Below are positions 1-7,841 of a stretch of DNA of 56,733 bases, one piece after another; within the stretch, counting starts at the first letter, position 1; each line of letters begins with the position of its first letter. A program made the position numbers and the translations under genes. The DNA is from Chthoniobacteraceae bacterium. GTDB taxonomy: Bacteria; Verrucomicrobiota; Verrucomicrobiia; Chthoniobacterales; Chthoniobacteraceae. The stretch is taken from positions 1 through 56,733 of the forward strand of contig JBEBGD010000026.1 in NCBI GenBank assembly GCA_040081625.1, given 5' to 3'. The notes beneath the pieces are model-generated. The model saw nothing but the letters and a program-made list of their open reading frames with translations, was not told the origin of the DNA and ran no database searches.

Positions 1-134
1 GAGAAAGTCAGCGCTGCGACGAGGTCATTGATGTCGCCGATCGCCAGCTTCACCGTGACGAGATCCCCGTCCACGTCCGTATATTTGAAGACGGCGGCGG
101 GAGCGATACGCGATTCGAGCGGTTCGATGTTCAT
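1..134 (-). CDS. N-terminus of a LEPR-XLL/planctomycete-extracellular-motif protein (runs off the window's left edge)
   Basis: Reverse strand from ATG at 134 reads MNIEPLESRIAPAAVFKYTDVDGDLVTVKLAIGDINDLVAALTF with no stop. The IEPLESRIAP motif also appears in the protein at 42014-43747. Not in the supplied ORF track. Confidence 0.75.
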   Translation of the reverse strand, partial: MNIEPLESRIAPAAVFKYTDVDGDLVTVKLAIGDINDLVAALTF

Positions 135-320
135 GGGCGGTGGTTCCGTCCGCCAGGGAAAACCAACCCCGCCCGCAAGCCAAATCCAAACCGCGTGCGC
201 GGGCGCGCGAAGGAGTGTTTGCGCCGTGCCGTGGTCCGAATCCGCCGCAGAATGCCTTTCGCGAACGAGAGAAGTCGCGACGAAAACGGGGTGCTGCAGA
301 GGCTGAACGATCCGGGGCGG

Positions 321-911
321 CTACGCCTTCGGCTCTTTCCAGAACCGCTGCATCTCGAGGAAGGTGAAGGAGGCGGACCAGCCGAGCAGAACCCACGCGG
401 TGAGGGCTTCGGTGGCGGCGATGAAGCGGATGGGGCCGTGCGGGACGAGGTCGCCGTAGCCGACGGTCGTGTAGGTCATGAAGGAGAAATAGACGTAGTC
501 GAGCCAGTGGCTCGCGTCCGGCGTGGGTGGGACGTGGACGATGCTCCCGAAGTCGGCGACGCCGTCGAACACGGCGTAGCCGGCGGCGTAGATCCAGATC
601 TCGAAGACGTGGGTGCCGAGCAGGCCGAGGATGAGCACGAGCACGCGCAGGCGATGGAGCTGTCGCATCCGGCCCAGCCACGCGGAGAGCAGGCGCAGCA
701 CTTCGTAGTGAACGAGGACCGTCGCCGTGGCGAGGAGGACGCAGATGAGGGCGATGAGGTATTGGCCGCGCGGGATGGAGAGGAATCCCGGGGCGATGAG
801 GGAGGCGGCGATGAGGGCGGATGAGGCCGGGAGAATGGTCACGGTGCGTGGCGATGCTGCGGCAGGCGCGGGTTTCGCGGCGAGTGGAAAACTGCGGCAC
901 GAGCGACCCAA
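321..911 (-). CDS. Small potassium-channel-family (Ion_trans_2) membrane protein; true start probably downstream of 911
   Basis: Pore signature YFSFMTYTTVGYGDLVP flanked by hydrophobic helices. Confidence 0.85.
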   Translation of the reverse strand: MGRSCRSFPLAAKPAPAAASPRTVTILPASSALIAASLIAPGFLSIPRGQYLIALICVLLATATVLVHYEVLRLLSAWLGRMRQLHRLRVLVLILGLLGTHVFEIWIYAAGYAVFDGVADFGSIVHVPPTPDASHWLDYVYFSFMTYTTVGYGDLVPHGPIRFIAATEALTAWVLLGWSASFTFLEMQRFWKEPKA

Positions 912-949
912 CGAAAGCGCGCATGGCGGATTGTGCGATGGGTCCCGCC

Positions 950-1894
950 ATGAATCCCACCCGACTTATCCTCCTCGCCGTCGCCACGTCTGCTCTCGCA
1001 GCGGACCCTTCCCCGACTTTCACCGATGCCGCGAGCGCGGGGCCGGACTTCGCGGTGCAGGGCGAATACACGGGCGAAGGCTGCGCGGCGCAGGTGATCG
1101 CGCTGGGCGATGGGAAATTCCGCGTCGTCGGCTGGACGCCGGGGCTGCCGGGCGCGGGGGGTGAGGCGGAGAAGAAGCTGGAACTCGACGCGCAGCGCGA
1201 CGGGGCGCGCGTGGTTTTCTCGAGCGCGGAGTGGAAGGGCGAGATCGCCGACGGCGCGATCAACGGGACGAATCGCGACGGGAAGACGTTTGCGCTCCGG
1301 CGCATCGAGCGGCAGTCGCCGACGCTCGGGGCGAAGCCGCCCGCGGGTGCGGTGGTGCTTTTCGATGGAAAGAGCGCGGACCAGTGGAAGGGCGGGAAGA
1401 TGACGCCCGAGGGCTGGCTGCAGTGCGGGGTGAAGTCGGTCCGGGAGTTCGGGAGTGGGACGTTGCACGTGGAGTTTCGCACGCCGTTCATGCCGGCGGC
1501 GCGCGGGCAGGCTCGCGGAAATAGCGGGGTGTATTTGCAGGATCGTTTCGAGTGCCAGGTGCTCGATTCCTTCGGGCTCGCGGGTGAGAACAACGAAGCG
1601 GGCGGCATCTATACGATCTCGAAGCCGAAGCTGAACATGTGCTTCCCGCCGCTCTCGTGGCAGACCTACGACATTGAGTTCGACGTCGCGCAGTTCGGCG
1701 CCGACGGCGCGAAAACCAAGGACGCGGTGATGAGCGTGAAGCTCAATGGCGTGCTCGTGCAGGACCGTGTGTCGGTGGGGACCGCGACGCGAGCCGCCGG
1801 CCGCAAGGAAGGCCCGGAACTCGGGCCGATCCAGCTCCAGCACCACGGCAACCCGGTCGTGTATCGCAACCTCTGGTTCGTGCCGAAGAACTGA
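950..1894 (+). CDS. Secreted DUF1080 (3-keto-disaccharide hydrolase-like) protein
   Basis: Signal peptide MNPTRLILLAVATSALA; motifs VVLFDG, LHVEF, RGNSGVYLQ, WQTYDIEF, GPIQLQHHGNPVVYRNLW. Confidence 0.85.
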   Translation: MNPTRLILLAVATSALAADPSPTFTDAASAGPDFAVQGEYTGEGCAAQVIALGDGKFRVVGWTPGLPGAGGEAEKKLELDAQRDGARVVFSSAEWKGEIADGAINGTNRDGKTFALRRIERQSPTLGAKPPAGAVVLFDGKSADQWKGGKMTPEGWLQCGVKSVREFGSGTLHVEFRTPFMPAARGQARGNSGVYLQDRFECQVLDSFGLAGENNEAGGIYTISKPKLNMCFPPLSWQTYDIEFDVAQFGADGAKTKDAVMSVKLNGVLVQDRVSVGTATRAAGRKEGPELGPIQLQHHGNPVVYRNLWFVPKN

Positions 1895-1900
1895 GCGCGC

Positions 1901-2476
1901 TTACTTTTTCGCCGCGCCCTCGAAGAGCTTGCGATACTCGCCCAGCCCCGCCTTCTCGAGATCGGCGACGGGAATGAATTTGAGCGAGGCGCTGTTGATG
2001 CAGTAGCGCAGGCCGGTCGGCTTCGGGCCGTCGTCGAAGATGTGGCCGAGGTGTGCGTCTGCTTTCGTGGACTTCACTTCGACGCGAACCATGCCGTAGC
2101 TCTTGTCCTCGTTCTTCTTCACCGCGGATTCCTTGATCGGCTGCCAGAAGCTCGGCCAGCCCGTGCCGCTGTCGAACTTGTGCGTGCTCGAGAAGAGGGG
2201 CTCGCCGCTGATGACATCGACGTAGATGCCGGCCTCGTGGTTGTTCCAGTAGGCGTTGCGGAAGGGCGGCTCGGTGCCGCACTGCTTGCAGATGCGGTAT
2301 TGCTCGGGCGTGAGTTTCGCGCGCAGTTCTTCGTCGCTGAGTTTGCTGAGGTCTTCGGGTTTCACGGCGGGTTCCTTCGGTTTGGCGGCTTTCTTTTCGT
2401 CGCCGGCGAGCACGCAGAGAGTGGTCGCGGCGGAGAGGGCGATGAGGGCGAGGGCGGCGAGGACGGGTGGACGCAT
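1901..2476 (-). CDS. msrB: Peptide-methionine (R)-S-oxide reductase with signal peptide
   Basis: [37 protein letters not shown]; hydrophobic N-terminus. Confidence 0.95.
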   Translation of the reverse strand: MRPPVLAALALIALSAATTLCVLAGDEKKAAKPKEPAVKPEDLSKLSDEELRAKLTPEQYRICKQCGTEPPFRNAYWNNHEAGIYVDVISGEPLFSSTHKFDSGTGWPSFWQPIKESAVKKNEDKSYGMVRVEVKSTKADAHLGHIFDDGPKPTGLRYCINSASLKFIPVADLEKAGLGEYRKLFEGAAKK

Positions 2477-2499
2477 GGTCAAAAGGTGGCGCGCAATCC

Positions 2500-2823
2500 T
2501 CAACTCTCAACCCGGTTAATCCGCTTCATCTTTTCGAGGTCGGCGCGCCCCGACTCCTCGGCCCGGAGCCGATTGCGCGCATCGCGGAACGCCTTGCCCA
2601 CGGAGCCCGCGACGAGAAACGCCGGGATGACCAGCAGCAGCTTGAAGGGCATGGGCGTGAACACGAACCCGATCAGGACAATGATGCCGATGAGCCAGAA
2701 CGCGATCGCGCCCCGCAGCGCGACCGCCCGCTCGCGCAGGGAACCTCCGCTCTGCACGAAGTTCCACGTCTTCCACGCGAGCCAGACGAGCGGCGCGAGG
2801 ATGATGAGGATTCGGAAGATCAT
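2500..2823 (-). CDS. Hypothetical small membrane protein
   Basis: [17 protein letters not shown]..., about 3 TM segments; overlaps the stop of the upstream gene. Confidence 0.7.
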   Translation of the reverse strand: MIFRILIILAPLVWLAWKTWNFVQSGGSLRERAVALRGAIAFWLIGIIVLIGFVFTPMPFKLLLVIPAFLVAGSVGKAFRDARNRLRAEESGRADLEKMKRINRVES

Positions 2824-3335
2824 AGCTCCGGCTCCGCCTCCGGCTCGGGCGCGTTCTCGCTGGTGTGCCGCCACCACAGCGCCAGCGCCGCGATGGCGGC
2901 GGACGCGATGAGCCACAGGACGGCGCCGACTCCCAGCTCGGCGGCGGTGAGCGGCGAAAACTTATCGGTGAGCAGCAGGGAATGAAGCGGCTGTGTGATC
3001 GCGAGCAGCAGCAGCACCTGGAACAGCTCCATGCCGCTGCGAAGCCGCACGAGCAGCCATGCGTCGAAGAGGAGGAACGGCCATCCGCGCCACGTCACCA
3101 GGCTGCCGACGAAACACGCGATCCACGTGAAGATAAGCTCGACCGGGTGAAAGGCCGGCGCGCTCAGCGCGGACCATCCCGCGGTCGGGATCGCGGCGAT
3201 CGATCGTGCGCCCTCGTGCAGCATCGACCCAAATGCATGCCCGCCCAGCGACACCGCGATCACCCCGCCGAAGCTCACGAACACGCCCGTGAACGCGGAG
3301 GTAAACGCATGAGTCGGATCGAGCGGATCGGGCAT
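2820..3335 (-). CDS. Hypothetical membrane protein
   Basis: Several hydrophobic segments; same orientation as neighbours in an apparent operon. Confidence 0.65.
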   Translation of the reverse strand: MPDPLDPTHAFTSAFTGVFVSFGGVIAVSLGGHAFGSMLHEGARSIAAIPTAGWSALSAPAFHPVELIFTWIACFVGSLVTWRGWPFLLFDAWLLVRLRSGMELFQVLLLLAITQPLHSLLLTDKFSPLTAAELGVGAVLWLIASAAIAALALWWRHTSENAPEPEAEPEL

Positions 3336-3342
3336 GGCGCAA

Positions 3343-3394
3343 TGTAGCCGCGTCGCTCTGCGACGCGAGCACGGCGCTGAGCGCCGTGGCTACA
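3343..3394. repeat. GTAG-type REP/REPIN-like double-hairpin element
   Basis: TGTAGCC...GGCTACA terminal IR enclosing CGCGTCGC-TCT-GCGACGCG and CACGGCGC-TGA-GCGCCGTG; lies directly after the korB stop. Confidence 0.75.
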
Positions 3395-3395
3395 G

Positions 3396-4325
3396 CTACT
3401 TCATGCGGTCGAAGTTCCGCTTCAGGATCTCCCAGTCGGCGAGCCCTTCGACCTTCGCGCGAAGGTCGGCGACGATCTTCGCCTCGTTCGCGTTCTTGGT
3501 CGGGCGCTGAACTTGATAGAAAAGGCCGAACGTGCCGGGCCACGCGGTGTCGGCGAGTTCGTAGGCGCGGTATTCATTGGTCGCGTCGTGATCGGCGGGG
3601 ACCTCGGGGAATGCGCCACCCTTGCGCGGGTTCGCGGCGTCGAACGCGCCGGGATAGAACTCGATGCACTCGCTGAGGCACTCGATGTAGCTGAAGCCGT
3701 CGTGATCCATCGCGGCCTCCATCATCTTGAGCAGATGCGGGATGTTCGTCGCGGTCGAGCGGGCGACGAAGGTGGCGCCGGCGGCGATGGCCTGCTTCAT
3801 CGGGTTGATCGGGCGATCCTGCGAGCCCCACACGTCGGTCTTCGACTTGAAGCCGATCGGCGACGTGGGCGAGGTCTGCTTCTTCGTGAGGCCATAGACG
3901 AAGTTGTCCATGACGATGTAGGTCAGCTTCACGTTCTTGCGCGCGGTGTGGTTGAAGTGATTGCCACCGATCGAGAATGCGTCTCCATCGCCGCCGAAGA
4001 CGAATACATGGAGGTCGGGCCGCGAGAGCGAGACGCCGCTGGCGAAGGCGAGCGCGCGCCCGTGGATGAAGTGCGCGCCGTGCGCCTGCACGAAATACGG
4101 GAAGCGCGACGAGCAGCCGATGCCGGCGACGGTGCAGATCTTCTCGTGATCGAGCTTCCGCTTCTCGATGAGTTTGTAATAGAGCGCGAGCACCGAGAAG
4201 TCGCCGCAGCCGGGGCACCACGTCGGGTGATCGGCGGCGGTTTGTTTCTTTGTTAGCGGCGCGCGCTCGGCGGGGAGTTCGGCGGTGCCGCCGGCGGTGG
4301 TGCGAGGGAGGGTGAGGGTGCTCAT
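3396..4325 (-). CDS. korB: 2-oxoacid:ferredoxin oxidoreductase beta subunit (TPP-binding)
   Basis: WCPGCGD, GIGCSSR, HGRA, GGDGDAFSIGGNH, DNFVYGLTKKQTSPT. Confidence 0.92.
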   Translation of the reverse strand: MSTLTLPRTTAGGTAELPAERAPLTKKQTAADHPTWCPGCGDFSVLALYYKLIEKRKLDHEKICTVAGIGCSSRFPYFVQAHGAHFIHGRALAFASGVSLSRPDLHVFVFGGDGDAFSIGGNHFNHTARKNVKLTYIVMDNFVYGLTKKQTSPTSPIGFKSKTDVWGSQDRPINPMKQAIAAGATFVARSTATNIPHLLKMMEAAMDHDGFSYIECLSECIEFYPGAFDAANPRKGGAFPEVPADHDATNEYRAYELADTAWPGTFGLFYQVQRPTKNANEAKIVADLRAKVEGLADWEILKRNFDRMK

Positions 4326-4340
4326 GGTCTTGAAATAAGG

Positions 4341-6152
4341 TTACTTCTTCGCGGTCAGCCGCAGCGTGCGTTCGAGGATTTCCTTCACCTTCCACGTCAA
4401 GCCGTCGGTTTTCGTGACGCTCAGGATTTTCGGATCGCAGTAGCGGCTGCGGAGGATGGTGCAGAGCTGGCCGTGGCCGTAGAGGCCCTCGTCGTTGAGT
4501 TCGACCACGACGACGTGCGTGAAGGCTTCGAAGATTTTCTCCAGTCCATTCGGCAGCGGGTTGAGATGCTTGAGGTGCAGGCCGGAGATCGCTTCGCCGT
4601 GCTGGCGCGCCTGCTTCACGGCTTCCTCGATCGGGCCCTTGGCCGAGCCCCAGCTTACGAGCAGCACGTGGCCTTCGCTCGCCCCATACACCTGCGGCAC
4701 CGGCAAGTCGGCGGCGAGCTTGCGCAGCTTGTTGCGCCGCTTCGCGTTCATCTGCGTGTGCAGTTTTCCCGAGCCGGTCGGGTGGCCGAGTTCATCGTGC
4801 TCGAGGCCGGTCACGACCGGATACTTCCCGCTCGCGACGTAGGTGCCCGGCGCGATGTGGCGCGTGATGCCGTCGTCCGTGGTCAGATCGTAAGGCTTGT
4901 GATCGGCGACCGGCGTGAAGTCGGGGCTGATGTCCTGGCAGACGTTCTCGAGATCGGGGTAGGGGAAGGCTTCGATGCGCGTGCCGATGCCCTGGTCGCT
5001 GAGGATGATCACCGGCGTCGAGTATTTGCGCGCGATGTTCACCGCCTCGATCGCGGTGTAAAAACAATCCTCCACGCTGCACGGCGCGACCACCACGCGG
5101 GGCGAATCGCCGTGGCCACCGAAGCACGCGATGTTCAAGTCGCTCTGCTCCACATTCGTCGGCATCCCCGTGCTCGGGCCGCCGCGCTGCACGTCGATGA
5201 TGACGACCGGCATCTCCGACATCACCGCCCAGCCGAGCGCTTCGGTCTTGAGCGAAATGCCCGGCCCGCTCGACCCCGTCACCGCCACGCGTCCCGCGTA
5301 GCTTCCGCCGAGCGCCATCGAGATCGCCGCGATCTCGTCCTCGGTCTGCACGAACGTCCCGCCATACTTCGGCAGTTCGCGCCGCAGCAGCTCCATGATG
5401 TCGCTCCACGGCGTGATCGGATACCCCGCGCCGAAGCGCACGCCCGCCGCGATGATCCCGAAAGCCAGCGCCTCATTCCCGCTCATCACCACCTGCTGCT
5501 GCCCGACATTCTCGCCGGGCTGGAAATTAAACGTCTGGTAAAGCCCCTGCACCTCGTGGCTGTGCCCCGCGCGGAAGCACGACAGCGCCGTCTCCGCCAC
5601 GCTCGCATCCTTCCCCGCAAAGCGTTCCTGAATCAGCTTCTCGAGCTTCGGCACGTTGAGCGAAAACATCCGCGCAATCAGCCCGAGCGCATACACGTTC
5701 TTGCCCTTGTCACGACCCGTCCCGCCGATCGCCTCGACCACGAGCGACGAAATCGGCACGCCCACGTGATGATACGAACCGAGCAGTTCCTCGTTGGGCT
5801 TCACGTGATCCGAGTCGTAGAGCACGATGCCGCCGCGCTTGAGCGAGCTGATGTGGTTCTCGTAGCTGTGATCGTAGAAGCACAGCAGCACATCCGCATC
5901 ATCGCCCGAGCTGAGCACCTCGCCCGAGCCGATGCGCACCTGGAAGATCGACGGTCCGCCCGAGATCGTGCTCGGGATCGTCATGAAGGTCATCACTTCC
6001 TGCTCACTGCGGCCCGCCAGCCGTGCGAGGAAACCGCCGATGGCCTGGATGCCGTCCTGCGAATCGCCCGCGATGCGGATCACCGCCTCATGGATTTGCG
6101 AGACCTTGGGAGAAGAGCCGGACACTTGATCGGCGAGGGCGGAGTCACTCAT
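4341..6152 (-). CDS. korA: 2-oxoacid:ferredoxin oxidoreductase alpha subunit (gamma-alpha fusion)
   Basis: AGDSQDGIQ, GYPITPWSDI, EDEIAA, SGPGISLK, DVQRGGPSTGMPT. Confidence 0.92.
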   Translation of the reverse strand: MSDSALADQVSGSSPKVSQIHEAVIRIAGDSQDGIQAIGGFLARLAGRSEQEVMTFMTIPSTISGGPSIFQVRIGSGEVLSSGDDADVLLCFYDHSYENHISSLKRGGIVLYDSDHVKPNEELLGSYHHVGVPISSLVVEAIGGTGRDKGKNVYALGLIARMFSLNVPKLEKLIQERFAGKDASVAETALSCFRAGHSHEVQGLYQTFNFQPGENVGQQQVVMSGNEALAFGIIAAGVRFGAGYPITPWSDIMELLRRELPKYGGTFVQTEDEIAAISMALGGSYAGRVAVTGSSGPGISLKTEALGWAVMSEMPVVIIDVQRGGPSTGMPTNVEQSDLNIACFGGHGDSPRVVVAPCSVEDCFYTAIEAVNIARKYSTPVIILSDQGIGTRIEAFPYPDLENVCQDISPDFTPVADHKPYDLTTDDGITRHIAPGTYVASGKYPVVTGLEHDELGHPTGSGKLHTQMNAKRRNKLRKLAADLPVPQVYGASEGHVLLVSWGSAKGPIEEAVKQARQHGEAISGLHLKHLNPLPNGLEKIFEAFTHVVVVELNDEGLYGHGQLCTILRSRYCDPKILSVTKTDGLTWKVKEILERTLRLTAKK

Positions 6153-6388
6153 TGCGGATACGAATTAGGGGAGCGGTTGGGTTGACCCGGCGCGCGTTCT
6201 TTTCTTGGCAACGCATCGGAGGAAATGGGCCGGCAGGCTACGTCGCCGCGCCGGTGCGTCAAGCCACGGCGCGGCAAAGCCGGGCGCTTTACGGTGCCGG
6301 CCCATCGGCTGGGGAGGCGAAGACAAATCGCTGCATAGAGTGCGTTGACTCCCCGGCGCGCGCTGCTTTTGTCGCCGCCCTTTCGCTT

Positions 6389-6769
6389 ATGAAAACTGTC
6401 ATCCGCACTCCCGATGCTCCCGCTGCCGTCGGCCCGTATTCGCAGGCCATCGCGCTCAACGATTTCCTTTTCTGCGCGGGGCAAATCCCGCTCGACCCGG
6501 TCAGCGGCGACCTCGTCGCGGGGGGCATCACCGCGCAGGCGACGCGGGTGCTCGATAATGTGAAGGCGGTGCTCGCTGCGAACGGCATGACCTTCGCCGA
6601 TGTGGTCAAGAGCACGGTGTTCATGATCGATCTCGGCGAGTTCAGTGCGATGAATGCGGTGTATTCGCAATATTTCGCGGAGCCCTTTCCCGCGCGCTCG
6701 ACCATCCAGGTCGCGGCGCTGCCACGCGGCGCGAGCGTGGAGATCGAAGTCATTGCGGCACGGCCATGA
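6389..6769 (+). CDS. ridA: RidA (YjgF/YER057c/UK114) reactive-imine deaminase
   Basis: APAAVGPYSQA, GQIPLDP, MNAVYSQYF, PARSTIQVAALP, VEIEVIA. Confidence 0.92.
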   Translation: MKTVIRTPDAPAAVGPYSQAIALNDFLFCAGQIPLDPVSGDLVAGGITAQATRVLDNVKAVLAANGMTFADVVKSTVFMIDLGEFSAMNAVYSQYFAEPFPARSTIQVAALPRGASVEIEVIAARP

Positions 6770-7335
6770 CGCAGGAAGAGATCCTCGCGCTCTTCCGCCA
6801 GACGCGTGCGCTGCTGGACGGGCATTTCCTTTTGCGCAGCGGGCTGCACTCGCGGCAGTTTTTCCAGTGCGCGCTGCTGATGCAGCACACGCCGATCGCG
6901 GCGAAGGTGTGCGCGGCGCTCGCGGAGAAGCTGCGCGGGATCGACGCGGCGCGCGTGATTTCGCCGGCTCTCGGCGGGATCATCGTGGGGCACGAAGTGG
7001 CGCGCGGGCTCGGGTTGCCGCACATCTTTGTCGAGAAGGAGGAGGGGAAGCTCGTGCTGCGGCGCGGGTTTGTGATCGAGAAGGGGGATCGGTTCATCGT
7101 CGCGGAGGATGTCGTGACGCGTGGCGGGCGTGTGCAGGAGACGATCGACATCGTGCGCGCGCACGGCGGCGTGGTGGCGGCGGTCGCGACGCTGGTGGAT
7201 CGCAGCGGGGGAAAGCTGCCGGACTTCGGCTGCCCGTTCGTGTCGCTGGTGGCGCTGGATGTGGAGGCGTTCGAGCCGGACAACCTGCCGCCCGATCTCG
7301 CGGGCACGCCGGCGGTGAAGCCGGGGTCGAAGTAG
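6766..7335 (+). CDS. pyrE: Orotate phosphoribosyltransferase
   Basis: GHFLLRSGLHSRQFFQCA; PRPP loop IVAEDVVTRGGRV. Confidence 0.93.
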   Translation: MTQEEILALFRQTRALLDGHFLLRSGLHSRQFFQCALLMQHTPIAAKVCAALAEKLRGIDAARVISPALGGIIVGHEVARGLGLPHIFVEKEEGKLVLRRGFVIEKGDRFIVAEDVVTRGGRVQETIDIVRAHGGVVAAVATLVDRSGGKLPDFGCPFVSLVALDVEAFEPDNLPPDLAGTPAVKPGSK

Positions 7336-7391
7336 GCGGATGAGCTTCCGCCTTGCGGACGCGGCCCGGGCGGATTAGGGGCGCGCCTTCC

Positions 7392-7703
7392 ATGCAAATG
7401 CTTTCACCGGCCCAGTTTGTTATCGTGCTGTGGCTGCTCACCGCAGCCGCGCCGGCGGCGACTGCGCTCCTGCATGGCGCGATGCTGCCGATGGGCCCGG
7501 TGAGCGCGCAATCGCGCGAGTGCCCGCGGCCTTCCCGCGACCCCGTCGCGGAGCAGGAGATCGTCGCGGAACCGGCGCGGGCGGAGTCGCCCGGCCATGT
7601 GGCGAGCGCGGAGCTGTGCTTCGCGCCGGAGGGCGTCGTTGCGGGGCTCGACGCGAGCGTGCTGCACACGGGCGTGCAGCGGCATCGGCCGAAGTCGGCT
7701 TAG
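7392..7703 (+). CDS. Possible small secreted hypothetical protein
   Basis: Signal-like N-terminus MQMLSPAQFVIVLWLLTAAAPA; fills the pyrE-secA gap; no family recognised. Confidence 0.35.
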   Translation: MQMLSPAQFVIVLWLLTAAAPAATALLHGAMLPMGPVSAQSRECPRPSRDPVAEQEIVAEPARAESPGHVASAELCFAPEGVVAGLDASVLHTGVQRHRPKSA

Positions 7704-7841
7704 GCCGCCGGCGGCGGTGAGTCGGGTGTCGCGTTTCACATGTCACGCTCCCGGCTCCCAACTCGCGACATGTGATCCCTTGCCGCGTGGCTTATGTCCA
7801 CGCTCCACCAGCTAGTTTTCTACTCTTACCTCACACTTCCC

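Noticed and set aside
135..320. Riboswitch or ncRNA upstream of the LEPR-XLL-like gene
   Set aside because: No recognisable aptamer consensus by eye; an Rfam/Infernal scan would be needed
6345..6375. Sigma70 promoter for ridA-pyrE (TTGACT)
   Set aside because: A plausible -35 but no clear -10 element; not supportable without TSS data
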